Positions 58,818-64,000 of a DNA stretch of 64,000 nucleotides are shown one piece after another. The first letter of the stretch is position 1; each line of letters begins with the position of its first letter. Under the pieces are notes generated by a model that searched no databases, was not told the origin of the DNA, and saw only the letters and a program-made list of their open reading frames with translations. Source of the stretch: an uncultured Candidatus Saccharibacteria bacterium (GTDB lineage Bacteria; Patescibacteriota; Saccharimonadia; Saccharimonadales; CAZMXN01); contig CAZMXN010000003.1 of the NCBI GenBank assembly GCA_964570275.1, positions 33,165-97,164 on the forward strand. The letters run 5' to 3'. A program made the position numbers and the translations under genes.

Positions 58818-60514
58818 ACAGCCGGCTAAAAGCCAAGCTGGACGATCTGCCCAAAGCTCCGGGCGTTTATTTTCACAAAAACGCTAAAGGCGAGATCATT
58901 TATGTCGGCAAGGCCGCGGTGCTCCGTAACCGGGTCAGGCAATACTTTCAGCAGTCGCGGACGCGCGATCCGAAAACCGAAGCCTTAGTGAGCGAAATTG
59001 CCGACACTGACTGGATGGTGGTCGACAGCGAAATCGAAGCCCTGTTTTTAGAGGCCGAAATGATCCGCCGCTACATGCCGCGTTACAACATCCTGCTGCG
59101 TGATGACAAATCAATGACCTACATCCGGATTGATTACGACAGCGATTTCCCGACGGTCACGACTACCCGCCGCCCGCTGGATGATGGCGCCCGCTATTTC
59201 GGCCCGTACTTAAGCGCCCGCAGCGTTCGACAGGCCTTAAGGTTGCTGCGGCGAATTTTCCCGTTCTCGACCCGGCGTACGCCCGGCCAGAAACGGGCCA
59301 CCCTGCACTATCACCTCGGTCTGGACCCGGGTCTGGAAGAGGGCAAAACCAGCCTGGAAGACTACCGGGCCAACTTGCGCAAGCTCATGTCCATCATTGA
59401 AGGCAAGCGAAAAACCATCGAGAAAGATCTGGAGCGCGACATGAAGCGTTTAGCTAAAAACGCCCGGTTCGAGGAGGCGGCCCGGGCCCGCAACCAGCTT
59501 TTTGCCCTCCGCCGGCTCGATAATCAGGTGATCTTCAGCGACAAGGAGTTTCAGGACATCAGCAAGGACCATGCCCTAAATGAACTGGCCGAACTGCTGG
59601 GGCTTTATGAGGAAACGGCGGACAAACCCAGGCGGCGGCTGCTAAGACGGATCGAAGGCTACGATATCAGCCATATGCAGGGAACCGACGTCGTGGCCAG
59701 CATGGTGGTGTTTACCAACGGCGTCAGCAACAAGGGCGAGTACCGCAAATTCAAAACCAAAATCAACAAAAACGACGATTTCTATAACATGCACGAAACG
59801 ATTACGCGCCGGCTCAGCGACCGCAACCGGCAAAAGTGGGGCCTGCCGGACCTAGTGCTGATTGACGGCGGCAAGGGTCAGCTCGACGCGGCAATCCGGG
59901 CGCGTGATGAGGCCGGTCTGACGACGATTCCGTTTATCGGGCTGGCCAAGCGGGAAGAACAGGTGGTGATACGGAAGGGGACAGGTAGCAGACAACAGAT
60001 AACAGATAACAAGGAACAGACAACAGGTAACAGGCAACAAATAACAGATAACAGGGAGCAAAGAGCCATCAGCCAGGTTCCAAGTACTAAGATCCAAGAT
60101 CCAAGAACTAATAACCAGGAACTAAGCACTAACAAGCCGGGCAGCAGCGTCCAGCTTGATTTGGAGGTCTTGCGCCGGCTGGGCGGCTTCGCCCAGGAAA
60201 CGGGCGATTTTATCCTCTTGAATCTGCCTAAGTCGACCAACCTGGTCAAGTTATTGCAGCGCATCCGCGACGAATCGCATCGTTTCGCCGTCAGCTATCA
60301 CTCGGTCCTAAAAGCCAGGCGCCAGACTGCCAGCCTGCTGGATGAGGTGCCGACGATCGGGCCGGCCACCAAGAAGAAACTGCTTAAAACGTTCGGTTCG
60401 GTTAAGGGCGTGATCCAGGCCCGTGACTGGGAGCTGGAGAAAACCATCGGTGCCAAGAAAGCAGTCATTCTGCGCCAGTACCTGCGGGCTTATAAAAAGC
60501 GTACCGACGGCTAG
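58814..60514 (+). CDS. uvrC: Excinuclease ABC subunit C (UvrC) with an internal low-complexity insertion
   Basis: The GIY-YIG domain reads GVYFHKNAKGEIIYVGKAAVLRNRV...EALFLEAEMIRRYMPRYNI. The UvrBC interaction region, an RNase H-like endonuclease domain and a C-terminal (HhH)2 are present. A Q/N/T-rich insertion of about 50 aa lies at about aa 395-450. Confidence 0.85.
   Translation: MNSRLKAKLDDLPKAPGVYFHKNAKGEIIYVGKAAVLRNRVRQYFQQSRTRDPKTEALVSEIADTDWMVVDSEIEALFLEAEMIRRYMPRYNILLRDDKSMTYIRIDYDSDFPTVTTTRRPLDDGARYFGPYLSARSVRQALRLLRRIFPFSTRRTPGQKRATLHYHLGLDPGLEEGKTSLEDYRANLRKLMSIIEGKRKTIEKDLERDMKRLAKNARFEEAARARNQLFALRRLDNQVIFSDKEFQDISKDHALNELAELLGLYEETADKPRRRLLRRIEGYDISHMQGTDVVASMVVFTNGVSNKGEYRKFKTKINKNDDFYNMHETITRRLSDRNRQKWGLPDLVLIDGGKGQLDAAIRARDEAGLTTIPFIGLAKREEQVVIRKGTGSRQQITDNKEQTTGNRQQITDNREQRAISQVPSTKIQDPRTNNQELSTNKPGSSVQLDLEVLRRLGGFAQETGDFILLNLPKSTNLVKLLQRIRDESHRFAVSYHSVLKARRQTASLLDEVPTIGPATKKKLLKTFGSVKGVIQARDWELEKTIGAKKAVILRQYLRAYKKRTDG
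59990..60140 (+). repeat. Degenerate tandem repeat DNA (AACAGATAACAGG-type units) inside uvrC
   Basis: The sequence is CAGACAACAGATAACAGATAACAAGGAACAGACAACAGGTAACAGGCAACAAATAACAGATAACAGGGAGC ... followed by GATCCAAGATCCAAGAAC. It encodes RQQITDNKEQTTGNRQQITDNREQ... and is AT-richer than its flanks. Confidence 0.5.
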
Positions 60515-60547
60515 ATCGTTCAATCGGCTGCTATACTAAACGCCAGC

Positions 60548-61771
60548 ATGAACAAGTTGTTTGACGCCGAATTCTTTGCCGGTAACCGCCGCCGGTTACG
60601 GGCAGAACACCCCGGAACGCCGCTGGTCGTGACGGCCAGCGGTTTGCTGCAGCGAACCAACGACACCGCTTTTCCGTTCCGGCAGGACAGTAATTTCTGG
60701 TATCTGACCGGCATAGCCGAGCCGGACATTATCCTGGTGATTGACGAGGCCGGTGACTACCTGATTGTGCCGCCGCGCGACGAGACGCGAAAGATTTTCG
60801 AGGGGGATATCGACCGGCGCGCCATGTCTGAAACGTCCGGTATAGCTGAGATTTTTGATTATGAAGCCGGCTGGCAGAGACTGATCGCCAGCCTTAAGCA
60901 GACCGGCCGGGCGGCGACGACCCTGCCGCCGCCGGCCTATGTGGACAGCCACGGGCTTTACACCAACCCGGCCCGCGTCCGGCTGGTCTCCCGGCTGCAC
61001 GCCGGCGTGGCTGGCCTGAAGCTGGACGATATCGGGCCGAAGCTGGCCGGGCTGCGACAAGTTAAGCAGCCTCCGGAAATCGCCGCCATCAAGCAGGCCA
61101 TTTCGATCACCGAAGCCGGCCTAACAGAGATTAAATCCCGGCTTGGTGATTATAAATTTGAGTATGAAATCGAAGCTGACTTGAGCAGGTTGTTCCGGCT
61201 AAGCGGCGCCGGCGGCCATGCCTACCGGCCGATTATCGCCGCCGGAAAGAGCGCCTGCACGCTCCATTACGAGGCCAATGACCGCCAGCTGGTTGACGGA
61301 TCGCAGCTGCTGCTTGATGTCGGCGCCGAGGTCAGCAACTATGCCGCCGATCTGACCCGGACCTGGGCGGTCGGTCAGCCGGATAAGCGACTCCGGGCAG
61401 TGCACCAGGCGGTTGTTAGCGTGCAGGAGCAGGTGATCGCCGCTCTAAAACCGGGACTAACGCCAAAAGCAGTCGAGGAGCTGGCCACCACCGCTACGCT
61501 TGAACAGCTGCGCCGGCTCGAGCTGGTGGGCCCAGGCGACAAATCGGCGGCGCGCCGGTATTTCCCTCATGCCGTTTCCCACTTCCTGGGGCTTGATACC
61601 CATGATGTCGGGGATTATCGCCAGCCGCTGGCGGCCGGTATGGTGCTGACGGTCGAACCCGGCATCTATATTCGCGAAGAAGGCCTTGGCGTTCGTATCG
61701 AAGACAATGTAGTCATTACCAAAACCGGCTGCGAGGTACTGTCGGCCGGCTTGTCGCGGAGCCTGGAGTAG
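60548..61771 (+). CDS. pepP: Xaa-Pro aminopeptidase (M24B family)
   Basis: There is an N-terminal creatinase-like domain. The M24 metal-binding motifs are ...DVGAEVSNYAADLTRTW..., HAVSHFLGLDTHD and ...VEPGIY...RIEDNVVIT. Confidence 0.85.
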   Translation: MNKLFDAEFFAGNRRRLRAEHPGTPLVVTASGLLQRTNDTAFPFRQDSNFWYLTGIAEPDIILVIDEAGDYLIVPPRDETRKIFEGDIDRRAMSETSGIAEIFDYEAGWQRLIASLKQTGRAATTLPPPAYVDSHGLYTNPARVRLVSRLHAGVAGLKLDDIGPKLAGLRQVKQPPEIAAIKQAISITEAGLTEIKSRLGDYKFEYEIEADLSRLFRLSGAGGHAYRPIIAAGKSACTLHYEANDRQLVDGSQLLLDVGAEVSNYAADLTRTWAVGQPDKRLRAVHQAVVSVQEQVIAALKPGLTPKAVEELATTATLEQLRRLELVGPGDKSAARRYFPHAVSHFLGLDTHDVGDYRQPLAAGMVLTVEPGIYIREEGLGVRIEDNVVITKTGCEVLSAGLSRSLE

Positions 61772-61791
61772 CCTACAATAAGGTTAAGATT

Positions 61792-62154
61792 ATGAAGAGA
61801 CCGTTAACCCGTTTTTTGGTGCGCTGGTTTGTTTGCAGCCTGGGGCTGTGGGTGGCCGCCGGCCTGCTGGACGACCGGATCACCTACGACAGCCGCATCG
61901 GTGTGATCATCGTCGCCGGTTTGGTGCTGGCCATCATCAACACCATCATCAAGCCGATCATTGTGATCCTGTCGCTGCCGGCAATTTTATTCAGTCTCGG
62001 CCTGTTTATGATAGTCATTAACGGTCTGATGGTGCTGCTGGCCAGCAAACTGTATTCGTCCCTGGAGGTCGAGAGCTTCGGGACCGCCATGCTTGCCGGT
62101 GTGGTGATAGGCTTGGTAAACTATCTGGTAACCACTATTTTAGAGGAAAGATAG
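61792..62154 (+). CDS. Phage_holin_4_2/DUF360-family small membrane protein
   Basis: This is a 120-aa protein with three or four TM helices. Its pattern (...LVRWFVCSLGLWVAAGLL...VIIVAGLVLAIINTIIKPIIVILSLPAILFSLGLFMIVINGLMVLLAS...FGTAMLAGVVIGLVN) is typical of the DUF360 family. Confidence 0.55.
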   Translation: MKRPLTRFLVRWFVCSLGLWVAAGLLDDRITYDSRIGVIIVAGLVLAIINTIIKPIIVILSLPAILFSLGLFMIVINGLMVLLASKLYSSLEVESFGTAMLAGVVIGLVNYLVTTILEER

Positions 62155-62171
62155 TTTTTGGTTAAAACGAT

Positions 62172-62384
62172 ATGAGCATACTTAATTACATCAGCATCGG
62201 TTCAATGATTCTGCTGATTCTGCTGATTCTGGTCCAGACCCGGGGAGCGTCTCTGGGAGCTGGTCTGGGCGGCGGCGGCGAGGTCAACACCGTGCGGCGT
62301 GGTTCGGACAAATCCCTGCATCAGCTCACCATCATCACCGCCATTGTCTTCGCGGCGTCGATTCTGCTGAGCATCATGGCCTGA
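62172..62384 (+). CDS. secG: Preprotein translocase subunit SecG
   Basis: This 70-aa protein has two TM helices flanking the Gly-rich loop LVQTRGASLGAGLGGGGE, which is SecG-like. Confidence 0.65.
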   Translation: MSILNYISIGSMILLILLILVQTRGASLGAGLGGGGEVNTVRRGSDKSLHQLTIITAIVFAASILLSIMA

Positions 62385-62491
62385 GCCAGGGAAACTTAAC
62401 GTATTTTGGATGACGGATAAGGTAGTGGCATCAAGTATAGCTAGCGACAACAATTCACACCTAAGCTGCACCTCGTCTGCCTGGAGCAAAG

Positions 62492-64000
62492 ATGATAGAT
62501 AGAGCCACCAAGCTGCGGATCCGCCGCGTCTTCCGCCGCCGTAAACGGCAGGTCGAGGACATGGGTATTCAGGCCGAGGAGAACCTGGAGCGGCATTTTA
62601 TCCGGCGCCTGGGCCGGCTGGGCGGCGTGTGGCGGTTTATGCTGAGCTGGGTTCTGCTGGTGTCCATCCTGATTGTGGGAGTGCTGGTTCAGACCAGGGC
62701 GCTGGGACAGTATTATCTGGAACTGCAGCCGGCGGACGGCGGGACGTTTACCGAGGGCATCATCGGCACTTACTCCAACGCCAATCCGCTGTACGCTTCC
62801 GGCCCGGTAGACAGCGCCGTGTCAAGGCTGGTCTTTGCCGGTCTGCTGAAGTATGACGAGCAGAACCAGTTGGTCGGCGATTTGGCGGAAAGCTGGTCGA
62901 TCAATGACGACGAAACCACCTATACGGTCAGGCTGCGCGAGGGGCTTAAGTGGCATGACGGCCAGCCGCTAACGGCCGAAGACGTCGTGTTCACTTATGC
63001 GACAATCCAGAATCCGGACGCCAAATCACCGCTGTTTAGCAGCTGGCAGGGGATTAAAGTGGCCGCCGTTGACGAGCGCACCATAACGTTCACCCTGCCC
63101 AATTCGCTGGCGCCGTTTCCGCACTCGCTGACCAATGGCATCGTGCCCAAACATGTTTTGGGTGGTGTGCCGCTGGAGCAGCTGCGCTCGGTGCGGTTTA
63201 ACACCGTCGAGCTGGTCGGGGCCGGTCCGTTCCGGCTGCGCACCGTCGAAGTTGTGGGTACGACGCCGGAGGACCGCGAGGAACGTATCGGCCTGGTGCC
63301 GTTTACGGATTATCATTTCAGCCCGTCGACGCTTAACCGGTTCGTGATCCGGACGTTTCGTGACGAAACCCGGTTGATCAGGGATTTCGAGGAACAGGAA
63401 GTCCAGGCCATGGCCGGTTTGTCCAGCGTTCCCGACGAACTGATTGACGACACTTCGCTTCAGGAGCACAACATTCCGCTGACCGGCGGAGTGATGGCCT
63501 TTTTCCGCACCAGTCACGAGATTCTGGGCGACGTCAGAGTTCGCCGGGCGCTGGTTAGAGCGGCCGACGTGCCGGCCATTGCCGGCAGCATTGGCCATCC
63601 GGTGGCAGCATTAAACGGCCCGTTGCTCAAAGAACACATTGGCTATAATCCGGATCTGGTGCAGCTGGCGCACAGCCAGAAAGAAGCCAATAAGCTGCTG
63701 GATGAAGCCGGCTGGGTTCGTGACCCCGAGTCGGGGCTGCGCTCCAAGGATGGCAAGCCGCTCAAGTTTCAGGTGATTTCACAGGCCACCGGCGAGTACA
63801 ATCATGTGACCCGGTTGCTGCGCGAACAGTGGCGGGCTGTAGGGGTTGAGGCGGATGTCCGGCTCCAGCCGGAGAGCGAACTGCAAAACAACCTGGCCTT
63901 TCACAATTACGACGTGCTGGTTTACGGGGTCGCGCTGGGCAAGGATCCGGACTCGTTTGTCTACTGGCACAGTTCGCAGGCGTCGGTCAATGCTCAGAAT
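62492..64000 (+). CDS. ABC transporter substrate-binding protein, family 5 (Opp/Dpp-type), 3' partial at the window end
   Basis: An N-terminal basic region plus TM anchor is followed by family-5 SBP motifs (...GGTFTEGIIGTYSNANP..., LVFAGLLKYDE, LAESWSINDDETTYTVRLREGLKWHDGQPLTAEDVVFTY). The ORF runs off the window without a stop and is not listed in the ORF track. Confidence 0.7.
   Translation, partial: MIDRATKLRIRRVFRRRKRQVEDMGIQAEENLERHFIRRLGRLGGVWRFMLSWVLLVSILIVGVLVQTRALGQYYLELQPADGGTFTEGIIGTYSNANPLYASGPVDSAVSRLVFAGLLKYDEQNQLVGDLAESWSINDDETTYTVRLREGLKWHDGQPLTAEDVVFTYATIQNPDAKSPLFSSWQGIKVAAVDERTITFTLPNSLAPFPHSLTNGIVPKHVLGGVPLEQLRSVRFNTVELVGAGPFRLRTVEVVGTTPEDREERIGLVPFTDYHFSPSTLNRFVIRTFRDETRLIRDFEEQEVQAMAGLSSVPDELIDDTSLQEHNIPLTGGVMAFFRTSHEILGDVRVRRALVRAADVPAIAGSIGHPVAALNGPLLKEHIGYNPDLVQLAHSQKEANKLLDEAGWVRDPESGLRSKDGKPLKFQVISQATGEYNHVTRLLREQWRAVGVEADVRLQPESELQNNLAFHNYDVLVYGVALGKDPDSFVYWHSSQASVNAQN

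Overview
This is a 64 kb, roughly 60% GC chromosomal segment with almost all genes on the + strand. Most of it is housekeeping: uvrD/pcrA (5' partial), a NUDIX hydrolase, rsmA, a tmRNA gene (ssrA), rarA, metG, tatD, a cysteine desulfurase, an F1Fo ATP synthase b-delta-alpha-gamma-beta-epsilon block, mnmA, alaS, ftsA, ruvX, mltG, obg, sbcB, uvrA, rplY (L25/Ctc), uvrC, pepP and secG, ending in a 3' partial family-5 solute-binding protein. Several enzymes are at minimal length (AlaRS about 633 aa, MetRS 485 aa, RarA 392 aa). Many surface proteins carry an N-terminal signal peptide and a C-terminal TM anchor. I read this as a small-genome monoderm (possibly Patescibacteria/CPR-like) organism, but that is inference only. 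Four accessory regions stand out. First, a cell-surface locus at about 27.3-35.9 kb has four tandem paralogous secreted beta-rich proteins with SCPU/Csu-pilin-like C-terminal motifs. It is followed by a membrane-anchored protein whose N-terminal domain resembles PapD-type pilus chaperones, then a PKD-domain anchored protein. I propose this as a candidate chaperone-assisted fibre system with no usher. Second, ssrA is followed by a small cassette of two MgtE-like membrane proteins, bracketed by about 80-nt direct repeats that each contain a perfect palindrome. Third, an overlapping two-gene module of unknown function with patchy low GC sits between sbcB and uvrA. Fourth, there is a giant 1431-aa beta-helix/Ig-like surface protein. 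No CRISPR array, integrase, transposase, rRNA or canonical tRNA was recognised. CDS coordinates follow the supplied ORF track. In one region my own nucleotide counting differed from the track by 1 nt, so non-ORF coordinates may be off by 1-2 nt.
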